In this document: positions 38,034-48,175 of the stretch, piece by piece | How positions within the stretch are numbered: position 1 is the first letter of the stretch | How the letters are laid out: each line of letters opens with the position of its first letter | NCBI GenBank assembly: GCA_943372025.1 | Contig: CALRXC020000002.1 | Location: 24,560 to 88,559 of the forward strand | Length of the DNA: 64,000 nucleotides | Direction: 5' to 3' | Origin: Synechococcus sp. UW140 | GTDB lineage: Bacteria > Cyanobacteriota > Cyanobacteriia > PCC-6307 > Cyanobiaceae | Notes under the pieces: generated by a model | The model's input: only the letters and a program-made list of their open reading frames with translations | Database searches by the model: none | What the model was told of the DNA's origin: nothing | Made by a program: the position numbers and the translations under genes

Positions 38034-39032
38034 GTGATCTCCTCCCCCAAGACTCTGGATGTCGTTGGCATCGGCAACGCCATCGTGGACGTGCTGGTGC
38101 AAGCCGACGATGCCTTCCTGGTCAGCCATGGCCTCAGCAAAGGCAGCATGGCCCTAGTGGACGAGCAGCAGGCCGAACGGCTCTACGCCAGCGTTGGGCC
38201 GGGCCTGGAAACCTCCGGCGGATCGGCGGCCAATACCCTGGCCGGCATCGCCCAGCTGGGGGGGCGGGCCGGCTTCATCGGTCGGGTTCGCAACGACCAA
38301 CTCGGGGCGATCTTCGCCCACGACATCCGGTCGGTGGGAGCTCGCTTCGAAACCCCCGCGGCCGAGAGCGGCCCCTCCACGGCGCGTTGCCTGATCCTGG
38401 TCACCCCCGATGCCCAACGGACCATGTGCACCTACCTGGGCGCCTCGGTGGGCCTGGATCCGGCCGACCTCGACCTGGACCTGGTGCGACAGGCCGAGGT
38501 TCTCTATCTGGAGGGTTACCTGTGGGACAGCGAGGAGGCCAAACGGGCCTTCCTTGCCGCAGCCGAGGTGGTGCGCGGCAGCGGCGGCCAGGTGGCCCTC
38601 TCCCTCTCCGATGGCTTCTGCGTGGATCGCCATCGCGCCAGCTTCCAGGAGCTGGTGGATGGCCATGTGGATGTGCTCTTCGCCAATGAGGCGGAGATCC
38701 GCTCCCTCTATGAAGCGGACTCCTTCGAAGCCGCCGCCGACCAGGTGCGGGGCCGATGCAGGGTGGCGGCCCTCACCCGCAGTGAACAGGGCTCGGTGGT
38801 GTTCAGCGGCCAGGACACACTCGTGATTCCTCCCTACCGGCTCGGCGATCTGGTGGACACCACCGGTGCCGGCGATCTCTACGCAGCAGGCTTCCTGTTT
38901 GGCTACACCCGCGGCGAAAGTCTGGAGCGTTGCGGTCACCTGGGATCCCTCTGCGCCGGCCAGGTGGTGACCCAGCTGGGCCCGAGGCCGCAGGCCTCCC
39001 TTCCGGAGCTGGTGGCCAACCACCTGGGCTGA
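38034..39032 (+). CDS. PfkB-family (adenosine-kinase-like) kinase
   Basis: GIGNAIVDVL, GGSAANT, FANEAE and DTTGAGDLYAAGF. Confidence 0.93.
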   Translation: MISSPKTLDVVGIGNAIVDVLVQADDAFLVSHGLSKGSMALVDEQQAERLYASVGPGLETSGGSAANTLAGIAQLGGRAGFIGRVRNDQLGAIFAHDIRSVGARFETPAAESGPSTARCLILVTPDAQRTMCTYLGASVGLDPADLDLDLVRQAEVLYLEGYLWDSEEAKRAFLAAAEVVRGSGGQVALSLSDGFCVDRHRASFQELVDGHVDVLFANEAEIRSLYEADSFEAAADQVRGRCRVAALTRSEQGSVVFSGQDTLVIPPYRLGDLVDTTGAGDLYAAGFLFGYTRGESLERCGHLGSLCAGQVVTQLGPRPQASLPELVANHLG

Positions 39033-39050
39033 GATCAGGCTGTACGGCTC

Positions 39051-39488
39051 CTATCTCAGCTGCCCCCCCAGCCAGAGGCCGTAATCGCCACGGCTGCTGC
39101 CGCCGAGCACGATCCATTCCGGGGTCTGGTAGCCATGCAGAGCGTGGAGAGCTTGATGGAGGTCGCTGAGCTGCTCCGGGGTGGTCTTGAGCAGCAGTTT
39201 CACCTCATCAGCCGTTTCCAGCGCCCCCTGCCATCGGTAGTGGGATCGAACGGGCAGCACGCTCACACAGGCCACCAGGCGTTGCTCCAGCAGGGCACGG
39301 GCCAAGGCGTCGGCCCGCTCCTGGGTGGCCTCGGAGGTCAAAACCACACAGACCATGCGATCGGGCCCCTCGTCAAGGCAGCCGATTCCCGGCTCGACCG
39401 CGGTGATCTGGAATTCCGGCTCCCCGACAGAGCCCGGGTGATCCGCTGAAGTTGGGTGCGCCGCCGCCGCGGCGTCCGCTGGTTCCAT
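39051..39488 (-). CDS. cutA: Divalent-cation tolerance protein CutA (start may be 39356)
   Basis: LVACVSV, SHYRWQG, E..LLLKT and H.Y.TPE motifs. Confidence 0.9.
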   Translation of the reverse strand: MEPADAAAAAHPTSADHPGSVGEPEFQITAVEPGIGCLDEGPDRMVCVVLTSEATQERADALARALLEQRLVACVSVLPVRSHYRWQGALETADEVKLLLKTTPEQLSDLHQALHALHGYQTPEWIVLGGSSRGDYGLWLGGQLR

Positions 39489-39507
39489 GGGCCGGACCGT
39501 TCGCTCA

Positions 39508-40305
39508 TCACCATTCTGGCGTCCCCAGGCGATTGAGCAGACTCTCCAGCCCGTGGCACTCCAGGCCAGGAGGTTCCGGGGGCCGCTCTAGCAGCAGCAG
39601 GGGCAGGCCGCATTCGGCGCTGAGCGCCTGCCAGATGTGCTCCGTGACCCCTCCGGAGCGGCGACAAAGCACCGCCTCGATCCCCCAGCGCCGGCAGAGG
39701 GCCTGCTCGATCGCCCCTCCCTGGGAAGGGTGCAGGCAGGCCACCCGGTCGGCCGCCAACCCGGCCGCCATCGCCTGGGCCAGGGCCGAGGGGCTCGGCA
39801 GGATGCGGGCATGGTGGCGCGAACCGAGGCTGTGGGCCATGGCTGTGGCCAGGTGGCGGGCGCCGATCGCCAGCAGCAGGGAGCGGCCGGCCAGGGGAAT
39901 GGTGCTCAAGGCCTGCAGGTCCTCCAGCAGCGTGGCCCCGCCAGAGGGGAGCAGGGGCCGCAGGAGGCGCAGCAGCGGCTGGCCCCGCAGTTGGCAGGCT
40001 GCCGCGAGGTCGGCGCTGATGCGGCTGGCGAATGGATGGGTGGCATCCACCACCCAGGCCGGCCGCTCCCCTTCCGCCTCGGCCTGCGCCAAGGCCTCGG
40101 CCAAGGCCTGCGCGCCGCCGATCGGGCCCACCGCCAACTCCAGGGTCGGGGCCACCGGATAGGAACGAGTCGCCGCATCACTCACCACCCACACCCGCAG
40201 CCGCCAGCCCCGCGCCAGCAGGGCCGTGGCCAAGAGGGGACCCTCCCCGGTTCCACTCAACAGCCAGAGCCGGTTCCCCGGATGGTGGGGTGGGCGAGCG
40301 TGCAT
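39508..40305 (-). CDS. cobK: Precorrin-6A/cobalt-precorrin-6A reductase
   Basis: LLSGTGEG, VVDATHPFA and CRRSGG. Start ATG at 40305. Confidence 0.9.
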   Translation of the reverse strand: MHARPPHHPGNRLWLLSGTGEGPLLATALLARGWRLRVWVVSDAATRSYPVAPTLELAVGPIGGAQALAEALAQAEAEGERPAWVVDATHPFASRISADLAAACQLRGQPLLRLLRPLLPSGGATLLEDLQALSTIPLAGRSLLLAIGARHLATAMAHSLGSRHHARILPSPSALAQAMAAGLAADRVACLHPSQGGAIEQALCRRWGIEAVLCRRSGGVTEHIWQALSAECGLPLLLLERPPEPPGLECHGLESLLNRLGTPEW

Positions 40306-40337
40306 CAGGATGGGATCTCCATACCGCGGGTCCGGGC

Positions 40338-40874
40338 GTGAATCACTGTTTGCTGGAGGTGGAGGTGCTGGAGGCACCCCAGATTCGCTACACCCAAGAC
40401 AACCAGACCCCGGTGGCGGAGATGGCCGTCCGGTTCGATGGGCTGCGTCCGGATGACCCCCCGGGCCAGATCCGGGTGGTGGGCTGGGGAAGCCTGGCCC
40501 AGGATCTCCAGAACCGGGTCCAGGTGGGTCAGCGCTTAGTGCTGGAGGGGCGGCTTCGGATGAACACCGTGAACCGTCCCGATGGCGTGAAGGAGAAGCG
40601 TGCCGAATTCACCCTTTCCCGCCTCCACGCCTCGGGGGCGGGCCCCAGCGCCATGCCCATGGCCGCGGAACCCCGGGGAATGGCGCCTGCTGGCTCCGCG
40701 CCCGTGGTTCGGCGCGCCAACTCCACCGCCAGCGGCACCAGACCGGCGGCGGCCACACCCAGCCCATCCTCGCCCGCCGGCAAGCCGGCCGAGGCCGCGG
40801 CTCCGGTGTGGAACACCTCGCCACTGGTGGCGGATCCGGAGGGATTTGACGAAGAGGACGACATTCCCTTCTGA
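40338..40874 (+). CDS. ssb: Single-stranded DNA-binding protein family (OB fold plus acidic tail)
   Basis: NHCLLEVEV, VVGWG.LA, LVLEGRLRMN and KRAEF. C-terminal EEDDIPF. GTG start at 40338. Confidence 0.88.
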   Translation: MNHCLLEVEVLEAPQIRYTQDNQTPVAEMAVRFDGLRPDDPPGQIRVVGWGSLAQDLQNRVQVGQRLVLEGRLRMNTVNRPDGVKEKRAEFTLSRLHASGAGPSAMPMAAEPRGMAPAGSAPVVRRANSTASGTRPAAATPSPSSPAGKPAEAAAPVWNTSPLVADPEGFDEEDDIPF

Positions 40875-40915
40875 AGCTCCTTCTGAATCCAGACCGATCG
40901 CCGTCGCCCTCGGAC

Positions 40916-41149
40916 TCAGACCGTGCCCGCGTGTTCGGCGGCCTGATCGAGCAGCAGCCCGAGTTCCCTCTCCAGGGCAGCCAGGTCGAGCCTCCACTGG
41001 GGCCAGCGGCCGGCATCGATCTGACGGAGCAGCCAGAGTCTGTCCTGACGAAGCTGCCGCAGCAGCTCGTCGGAGCTGAGGGTGGCGGGATCGGCCTCCG
41101 CCTCCAGCGGCGCGGCATCTGGAGGCGGCTGGGAGGTGTAGGAGTGCAT
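40916..41149 (-). CDS. Small helical hypothetical protein
   Basis: LRQDRLWLLRQIDAGRWPQWRLDLAALERELG amphipathic helices with GC3-rich codons. Confidence 0.75.
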   Translation of the reverse strand: MHSYTSQPPPDAAPLEAEADPATLSSDELLRQLRQDRLWLLRQIDAGRWPQWRLDLAALERELGLLLDQAAEHAGTV

Positions 41150-41214
41150 GGCGTTTGGCGGGTGTGGGCAGCCGGTGTTCACCATCCTGGTCCGCCCTGC
41201 AGGATCATGGTGTC

Positions 41215-41778
41215 ATGCAAGCACTCTTCTCCTCGCGCCTGATCTCCCCAGGCAGCCTGGTCACCGTGGTGGGGGCCCTGCTCACTGTGGTGGGCTCGGT
41301 GGCTTATCTCAACGACAACGCCAACCTCAGCCTGCCCACGATCTTCTACGGCATTCCGATCCTGCTGGGGGGCCTGGCCCTGAAATCCTCGGAGCTCCCG
41401 CCTCCCCTGCGGCTCACCCCCCCCCAGGCCCTGCGAGCGTTGCGGCAACAGCCGGAAAACCTTGCCTTGAGCAGCCTGCTCACCGATGTGAGCCGCTGGC
41501 GCTATGGCCAGAAAGCCCACCTGGAGAGCTCCCTGGAGGCCCTCAAGCTCTGGGATGAGGACAACCCCCCTCAGTTGGTGAGCGTGGAGGAACGGAACGA
41601 AGCCAACCGCTATGGCCTGCTGCTCCGCTTCGAGTGCCAGGGGGTGGCCTACCAGCGTTGGCAGGCCCTGGAGGACAGGTTGGGGCGTTTCTTTGGTCCC
41701 GGCCTCCGCTGCAGCGTCAGCCAGCCGGCTCCCGGCCAGGTGGATGTGCTGCTCAGCGCCGCCGGTGAAGATGGTTGA
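41215..41778 (+). CDS. DUF2854-like cyanobacterial membrane protein
   Basis: Two N-terminal TMs, FYGIPILLGGLALKSSEL, RWRYGQKAHLESSL and RFFGPGL. Confidence 0.8.
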   Translation: MQALFSSRLISPGSLVTVVGALLTVVGSVAYLNDNANLSLPTIFYGIPILLGGLALKSSELPPPLRLTPPQALRALRQQPENLALSSLLTDVSRWRYGQKAHLESSLEALKLWDEDNPPQLVSVEERNEANRYGLLLRFECQGVAYQRWQALEDRLGRFFGPGLRCSVSQPAPGQVDVLLSAAGEDG

Positions 41779-41958
41779 AGCCGATCGCTCCGGCGCCGCT
41801 GGCCTCCCCTTGTCACGCCAAGCTCCGGTCGATCCTTGTCCTTCGCCCTTACCGTCCGGCCGCCGAGCCGTGCTCACCGCCTTGACCTCGAGGACCGGCG
41901 CCCCCCGTAGGGCGAGGCTGCCCGTTCCGATTCCAAGCTCCTTTTCTCCCTTCCAGCC

Positions 41959-42855
41959 TTGAGCTCCGATTTCCACGTCAGTCCCGAAGACACCCTGCGG
42001 GTGTCCGTCTTGAGTGAGGCCCTTCCTTATATCCAGCGCTTCTCCGGGGAACGGGTGGTGGTGAAGTATGGCGGCGCCGCCATGGTGCGGGAGGACCTGC
42101 GGGAGGCCGTGTTCCGTGACCTCGCCTTGCTGGCCTGCGTGGGCGTCCAGCCGGTGGTAGTCCACGGCGGAGGACCCGAGATCAACCAGTGGCTCAAGCG
42201 GTTAGCGATCGAGCCCCGCTTCAGCAACGGCCTTCGCGTCACCGATGCCGAAACCATGGATGTGGTCGAGATGGTGCTGGTGGGGCGGGTCAACAAACAG
42301 ATCGTGAATGGAGTGAACCGGGTGGGAGGCCGGGCAGTGGGGCTTTCCGGCAGCGACGGCAAGCTCGTTCGGGCCCGCCCCTGGCAGCAGGGGGCCAATG
42401 GCCTGGTGGGTGAGGTGGAATCGGTGGACCCGAGCGTGCTGGCCCCCCTGCTCAGCCAGGGGTACATTCCGGTGATCTCCAGCGTGGCCCCCGACGCCCG
42501 GGGACAGGCCCACAACATCAATGCCGACACGGTGGCAGGCGAACTGGCGGCCTCCCTCCAGGCGGTGAAGCTGATCTTGCTCACCGACACCCCCGGTATC
42601 CTGCGGAACCGTGATGATCCTGGCTCCCTGATTCGCCAGCTGACCCTCTCGGACGCCCGCGAGCTGATCGCCCAGGGGGTGGTGGAAGGGGGCATGACCC
42701 CGAAGACCGAATGCTGCATCCGGGCCCTGGCCCAGGGGGTGGCGGCCGCTCACATCGTGGATGGGCGCCACCCCCATTCCCTTCTGCTTGAGGTGTTCAC
42801 TGATGCGGGGATCGGCACCATGGTGGTGGGCCGCACGGCCCGCTCCTCGCCCTGA
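41959..42855 (+). CDS. argB: Acetylglutamate kinase
   Basis: [32 protein letters not shown] and GGMTPKT. Confidence 0.97.
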   Translation: MSSDFHVSPEDTLRVSVLSEALPYIQRFSGERVVVKYGGAAMVREDLREAVFRDLALLACVGVQPVVVHGGGPEINQWLKRLAIEPRFSNGLRVTDAETMDVVEMVLVGRVNKQIVNGVNRVGGRAVGLSGSDGKLVRARPWQQGANGLVGEVESVDPSVLAPLLSQGYIPVISSVAPDARGQAHNINADTVAGELAASLQAVKLILLTDTPGILRNRDDPGSLIRQLTLSDARELIAQGVVEGGMTPKTECCIRALAQGVAAAHIVDGRHPHSLLLEVFTDAGIGTMVVGRTARSSP

Positions 42856-42868
42856 ACAGCGGGGAACG

Positions 42869-43978
42869 GTGGAAGACCAGCTCACCCCATTCCTGGCGGC
42901 CGCCAGCCAGGCGATCGAGCGGGGCGACTATGGCAGGGTCGTGCGGCTGCTGGAACCCCTGGCCGAGGAGCACCCGGCCCTCACGGTGGCGGGGGCCGAA
43001 CTGCGGCTGCTGCTGGCCACGGCCCTGATGGGCCAGGGGGAAAGCGAGGCCGCCGCCGCGTGGTGCCGCAGCCTGCGGACCTGCCAAGATCCGGACCTAC
43101 GGGCCCGAGGCAAGGCCTTGCAGATGGTGCTGGAGGCCCCCGCTCTGCAACGGCCTCGCGACTGGTCGATCACGCTGCCGGATCTGCCGGTCTCCGGTTC
43201 GCTGGAGTCGCTGGGAGCGACGACCCGCAACCTGCGCCGCAGCAAGAAGGCGGATCCACCGCCGCCGCCGCCGGTGGGACCGACCCGGGCCCCTCTGGGA
43301 TTCGCCGCCCTGGTCATGGTGGTACTCCTGTTGCTGTTGCTGGCTTCCCTGCTGGGGGGATGCGTGGAGATGCGAACCGATCTCCGCTTCGCCGGCCCTG
43401 GTCGCCTCCAGATCACCCATCAGCTGCGGAGCGGCACGGGTCCCGTCATGCCCTGGCAGCGAAGGCTGGGTGCCAGCCTCGAGCGCGAGGGCTTCCGCAG
43501 CCGCGAAGCCGGCGGCGCCACGCTCCTGCAGAGCCCCGTGTTGCCTTTGGATCAGGCCCGGGCGGCCCTGACAGTCAGTGTGCGGGCGGCCGGCGAGGCG
43601 GGGGGTGAATTCGTGCCGGCACCCAGGCTTGAGGTGAGGGAGCGCAACTGGTTGGTGGGCGTGGATCAGAGGGTCTGGCTGGATCTCGACTTACGGGAGC
43701 TTCCACCCTTGCCGGCGGTGGACCTCTCGATCGGCCTCGAGTCGGTGCGGGCAGCAGCCGTGCGCCATGCCGAGCCTGAGCCCGTTCAGGCCGCCAACAG
43801 GGACAGGCTGATCTGGCCTCTGCGGCTCGGCTCCCTCAACCGGCTGGAACTCCGCTGCTGGCGCTGGAGCCCCCTCGGACTCGGGGGGTGCGCCATCGCG
43901 CTGCTCCTGCCGCTGGTGCTGGGCCTGCAGCAGCTCAGGCGCCAACTGGGCTTCGGCCTGCCAGAGCTTCCGGCGTAA
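42869..43978 (+). CDS. DUF3153-like membrane/lipoprotein with TPR-like N-terminus
   Basis: Helical N-terminus, TM LLLLASLLGGC, NWLVGVDQ and a C-terminal TM (WSPLGLG). Confidence 0.75.
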   Translation: MEDQLTPFLAAASQAIERGDYGRVVRLLEPLAEEHPALTVAGAELRLLLATALMGQGESEAAAAWCRSLRTCQDPDLRARGKALQMVLEAPALQRPRDWSITLPDLPVSGSLESLGATTRNLRRSKKADPPPPPPVGPTRAPLGFAALVMVVLLLLLLASLLGGCVEMRTDLRFAGPGRLQITHQLRSGTGPVMPWQRRLGASLEREGFRSREAGGATLLQSPVLPLDQARAALTVSVRAAGEAGGEFVPAPRLEVRERNWLVGVDQRVWLDLDLRELPPLPAVDLSIGLESVRAAAVRHAEPEPVQAANRDRLIWPLRLGSLNRLELRCWRWSPLGLGGCAIALLLPLVLGLQQLRRQLGFGLPELPA

Positions 43979-43988
43979 GCCCGGCCTC

Positions 43989-46337
43989 TCAGAGCTCCAA
44001 AGGGTCGGGATCGATCGCCAGGCTCACCCCCTTGGGCAGGGCGCCCTGAAGGTCGGCGCCGGAGGGAAGGGGAAGGGGGGCGCCCGCCGGGCCATGCAAC
44101 AACAACTGCCAACGACTGCGTCCGGCCACCCGGGCCACCGGGGCGGGGGCGGGCCCTACAAGGGCCCATCCCGCCTCCTGCAGGGGAGCGGCCAGCAGGC
44201 TGGCGAGGGTGGCTGCGGCGGTGGCCGTGGCGGCGGCGGCTGGGCCTGACAAGCGCAGCAGACAGGCCCGGCTGAACGGCACTAGAGCGCCCCGCCGGCG
44301 CAACTCAGCCTCCTCCTCCAGGAAGGCTCCATAGCGACCATCCACCAGATGGCGGATCACCGGATGGTCGGGGCTGTAGGTCTGAACCAAGACCTCACCG
44401 GGGCGTTCACCCCGGCCCGCCCGCCCGGCCAGTTGGAGCAACAACTGCAGACAGGTCTCCGAAGAGCGCAGGTCGGGGCGATGCAGCAGTCCATCGGCCG
44501 CCAGCACCGCCGCGAGAGTCACTCGCGGGAGGTCTATCCCCTTGGCAAGCATCTGGGTTCCGACCAGCACATCGGCCTCACCGACGGCGAAGCGTTCCAG
44601 CAGACGCCGGTGGCCATCCCGACCGCGGGTGGTATCGGCATCGAAGCGAAGCAGACGCAGATCCCCGAGCTCATCCGTCAGCTGCTCAACAACCCGCTGG
44701 GTCCCGGCACCAAAGGCCTTAAAGGCCGTCGAACCGCAGTGGCCGCAGCGCTGAGCTGCCTCCTCGCGGTGGTCACACCAATGGCAGCGCAGCCACTCCC
44801 TGCCGCTGGCCTGACGATGCACCGTGAGCGCCACATCGCAGTGGGGACAGAGCACCGCCTCGCCGCAACTCCGGCAGCTCAGGAAGGTTCGGTAGCCCCG
44901 CCGGGGCACCAGTACCACCGCCTGTTCTCCCCGATCCGGCAACTGGCGCAGGCGCTCCATTAGGGCGCGGCTGATCAGGCGACGGTGGCCCTCGGCCAAT
45001 TCGTGACGCATGTCCACCAGGCGCACTGGCGGCAGGGGGCGCCGGGCGATCCGCTCAGGCAGCTCCAGCAGCAGGGTGTCTGCCGAAGGGCCCCGGCAGC
45101 GGAGCCAGGTCTCCAGGGAGGGGGTGGCGCTGCCGAGCACCAGCCGGGCGCCCTCCAGCCGGGACCGATGGCGGGCCACCTCGCGGGCGTGATAGCAGGG
45201 CATCGGCCGGTCCTGCTTATAGGAACCGTCGTGTTCCTCATCCAGCACGATCAGCCCGAGGTTCGCGAGCGGCAGAAACACCGCCGAACGGGTTCCCACT
45301 GCCACCAGTGGTGGCCCATCCGCCGCCTCCAGGCAGCGGCGCCAGGCCCGCACCCGCTCGGCCTCTCCCATGCCGCTGTGGTATTCAAGAACGCCGGGGC
45401 CGAAGCGGGCCCGGCAGCGGTCGAGGAGTTGGGGGATCAGGCCGATCTCTGGAGCCAGCAGTAGGGCACTGCGGCCCGCAGCCCGTTCCCGGCTCACCGC
45501 CTGCAGGTAGACCTCGGTCTTGCCGGCCCCGGTCACGCCCCAGAGGAGCATGGCTGAGCCGCCGGGGGCAGCGGCGATGGCCTCGATGGCAGCGTTCTGG
45601 GCCGCGGTGCCCGGGCGGGGGATTTCAAGCGCCATCGACCCGGAAGGGTCTGCCTCGGCGGTGAGCCCGGGGGCCGCCACCGAGCGTCGCCGGATCCAGC
45701 CTCGCCGCTCCAAGGAGGTCACCAGGGAGCGGCTGAAGCCATCGCGAATCAGATCACGCAGCAGCCGGCCCTGGTCATGGGCAGCCAGGTGGGTGAGCAG
45801 TTGCCACTGGCGAGCCGTGGGGCCGGCGCTGGAGGCCTGGGGGCTCAGCCCGGCCCCGGAATCCGCTGAGGGGCCTGGGGGAGACTCGCCCAGCTCGACC
45901 AAAATCCTCTGGCCGTTCCCAGGCAGGGGCGCCCGCTTGGGACGCTGGCCGAGCCAACCGGGGGGCAGGGCGCTTTTCAGGCAGCGGAACAGGCTCGTGT
46001 GGGTGTCGCTGGCCACCGCCTCGATCAGGGAGCGCCAGCGGACATCCACGGCGGCGCTCTGGAGCACGGCCTCGACCGGTTGGGCCACCTTGCCCTGAAG
46101 CTCCGGCGGCATCCCATGGCCCAGGCCCACCACCAACCCGGTGTGGGGTCGGCCCTGGAGCCGCACCCGGACCAGATCCCCCAGGCCCGCAGTCAGGCCG
46201 GCGAAATTGGAATAGGTGAAGATGCGGCCATCCTGGCCCGCCTCAAGCCACACCTCCAGCCAGGGGGCCGGGGCCGCCGGTGGCGGGCCCGTGGTGATGG
46301 CGACCTTGGGCTCCAATCTTGCGGACGTCTCAGGCAA
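43989..46337 (-). CDS. priA: Primosomal protein N' (helicase)
   Basis: WGVTGAGKTEVY, GTRSAVF, LDEEH (DExH), CxxC zinc pairs, GTQMLAKG and QLAGRAGRG. Confidence 0.97.
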   Translation of the reverse strand: MPETSARLEPKVAITTGPPPAAPAPWLEVWLEAGQDGRIFTYSNFAGLTAGLGDLVRVRLQGRPHTGLVVGLGHGMPPELQGKVAQPVEAVLQSAAVDVRWRSLIEAVASDTHTSLFRCLKSALPPGWLGQRPKRAPLPGNGQRILVELGESPPGPSADSGAGLSPQASSAGPTARQWQLLTHLAAHDQGRLLRDLIRDGFSRSLVTSLERRGWIRRRSVAAPGLTAEADPSGSMALEIPRPGTAAQNAAIEAIAAAPGGSAMLLWGVTGAGKTEVYLQAVSRERAAGRSALLLAPEIGLIPQLLDRCRARFGPGVLEYHSGMGEAERVRAWRRCLEAADGPPLVAVGTRSAVFLPLANLGLIVLDEEHDGSYKQDRPMPCYHAREVARHRSRLEGARLVLGSATPSLETWLRCRGPSADTLLLELPERIARRPLPPVRLVDMRHELAEGHRRLISRALMERLRQLPDRGEQAVVLVPRRGYRTFLSCRSCGEAVLCPHCDVALTVHRQASGREWLRCHWCDHREEAAQRCGHCGSTAFKAFGAGTQRVVEQLTDELGDLRLLRFDADTTRGRDGHRRLLERFAVGEADVLVGTQMLAKGIDLPRVTLAAVLAADGLLHRPDLRSSETCLQLLLQLAGRAGRGERPGEVLVQTYSPDHPVIRHLVDGRYGAFLEEEAELRRRGALVPFSRACLLRLSGPAAAATATAAATLASLLAAPLQEAGWALVGPAPAPVARVAGRSRWQLLLHGPAGAPLPLPSGADLQGALPKGVSLAIDPDPLEL

Positions 46338-46752
46338 TTCCTAAGATGCAAAGGTTGGGCAGCCCATCGGGCTGCTGTCGGAACCAGACAGAGTTCCGTC
46401 CAGAGGGAAGACCCTTGAATGTGACACCGGCCTCCCCGGTTCCTCAGGTCCGCGACCACCCCTGACCGCACTGTCTTGGCGCTGGCCCTTACTCCGGCAG
46501 CGCCTGCCCACCACGGTCACCGCCACTGCTCTCAGGCTCAGGCTCCCATCCTCCCCCCTCGGCAACCCAGCAGCGGCTGCCCCTCGGCCGGTGAGTCCTA
46601 TCCGGAGAACATCCTTCTGCTGGCTCCAGTCCACTCGGACGTCTTTCTTCACAGCCAGCTCCCTGAACCTTTCCCGGCCACCCGGGTCATCCAACACCCG
46701 GGCCTGCGCCGTTCCGGCCGCTTCCCCGCTCCCTCCCCGTTCGTCCACAGCC

Positions 46753-48096
46753 ATGAGTCCAGCAGCCACTAAGCGCGTCATCTCCAAGGTTGAGCCCGAG
46801 ATCATCGCCACGGTTTCCAGCAACGGTGAAATCAAGCCCATGGAGGCGGTCGCCAGCAAGGGCAGCAATCAGGCTGCGGCAGCTACGAAGTCCAGCCCCA
46901 CCAAGGCGGCGGCGACCGCTAAATCCGCAGCTGCCAAAAGAGTCCCGAAGAGCAAGGCGGCCCCGGGCGCCGACGAAGCCGCCAATCTCGAGGATGCCGC
47001 TGATGCTCTACTGGCGGGGAGTGAGGTCGACACCGACTTCGACGTCAGCGACGCCCTGCTGCTGGAGGCTGACGACAAGCTGGGCAAAGACGACAAGAAG
47101 GACGCCAAAGCCAAAGCCCTCGCCAGCATCAAGGTGGGCCCTAAGGGGGTCTACACCGAGGATTCGATCCGGGTCTATCTGCAGGAAATCGGCCGCATCC
47201 GGCTGCTGCGCCCGGATGAGGAGATCGAACTGGCCCGCAAGATCGCCGATCTGCTGCAGCTTGAAGAGCTGGCCACCCAGTTTGAATCCGATAAGGGCCA
47301 TTTCCCCGATACCAAGGAATGGGCGGCCCTGGTGGAAATGCCGCTGATCAAATTTCGGCGTCGGCTGATGCTCGGGCGACGCGCCAAGGAAAAAATGGTG
47401 CAATCGAACCTCCGGCTTGTGGTTTCGATCGCAAAGAAATACATGAATCGCGGCCTCTCCTTCCAAGATTTGATCCAGGAGGGCAGCCTGGGCCTGATTC
47501 GGGCGGCTGAAAAGTTTGATCACGAGAAGGGTTACAAGTTCTCCACCTATGCCACTTGGTGGATCCGTCAGGCCATCACCCGCGCCATCGCCGATCAGAG
47601 CCGCACCATCCGTCTGCCGGTGCACCTTTACGAAACCATCTCACGCATCAAGAAGACCACCAAGACCCTTTCCCAAGAGTTCGGGCGGAAGCCCACGGAG
47701 GAGGAGATCGCCGAGAGCATGGAGATGACCATCGAAAAGCTTCGCTTCATTGCCAAATCGGCCCAGTTGCCAATTTCTCTCGAAACTCCGATCGGCAAGG
47801 AGGAAGACTCTCGCCTTGGCGATTTTATCGAAGCCGACATTGAAAACCCCGAGCAGGATGTTGCCAAAAATCTCCTGCGCGAAGACCTTGAAGGAGTGCT
47901 GGCTACCCTCAGCCCGAGGGAGCGCGACGTGCTGCGACTACGCTATGGCCTCGACGATGGACGCATGAAAACCCTCGAAGAAATCGGTCAAATTTTTGAT
48001 GTCACCCGCGAGCGAATTCGCCAGATTGAAGCAAAGGCTCTGCGCAAACTACGACACCCCAATCGCAACGGAGTTCTAAAAGAATACATTAAATAA
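46753..48096 (+). CDS. rpoD: Principal RNA polymerase sigma factor SigA/RpoD
   Basis: [46 protein letters not shown] and [16 protein letters not shown]. Confidence 0.98.
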   Translation: MSPAATKRVISKVEPEIIATVSSNGEIKPMEAVASKGSNQAAAATKSSPTKAAATAKSAAAKRVPKSKAAPGADEAANLEDAADALLAGSEVDTDFDVSDALLLEADDKLGKDDKKDAKAKALASIKVGPKGVYTEDSIRVYLQEIGRIRLLRPDEEIELARKIADLLQLEELATQFESDKGHFPDTKEWAALVEMPLIKFRRRLMLGRRAKEKMVQSNLRLVVSIAKKYMNRGLSFQDLIQEGSLGLIRAAEKFDHEKGYKFSTYATWWIRQAITRAIADQSRTIRLPVHLYETISRIKKTTKTLSQEFGRKPTEEEIAESMEMTIEKLRFIAKSAQLPISLETPIGKEEDSRLGDFIEADIENPEQDVAKNLLREDLEGVLATLSPRERDVLRLRYGLDDGRMKTLEEIGQIFDVTRERIRQIEAKALRKLRHPNRNGVLKEYIK

Positions 48097-48113
48097 TCTC
48101 AACTCACGCATGC

Positions 48114-48139
48114 CACCCAGGGCAAATTCGTCCTGGGTG
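48114..48139 (+). terminator. Possible stem-loop after rpoD
   Basis: CACCCAGG-N10-CCTGGGTG 17 nt after the stop codon. The U-tract is missing. Confidence 0.25.
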
Positions 48140-48175
48140 CAAGTGGAATTGCTCGTTTGGCAATCAAGTTCAGTT

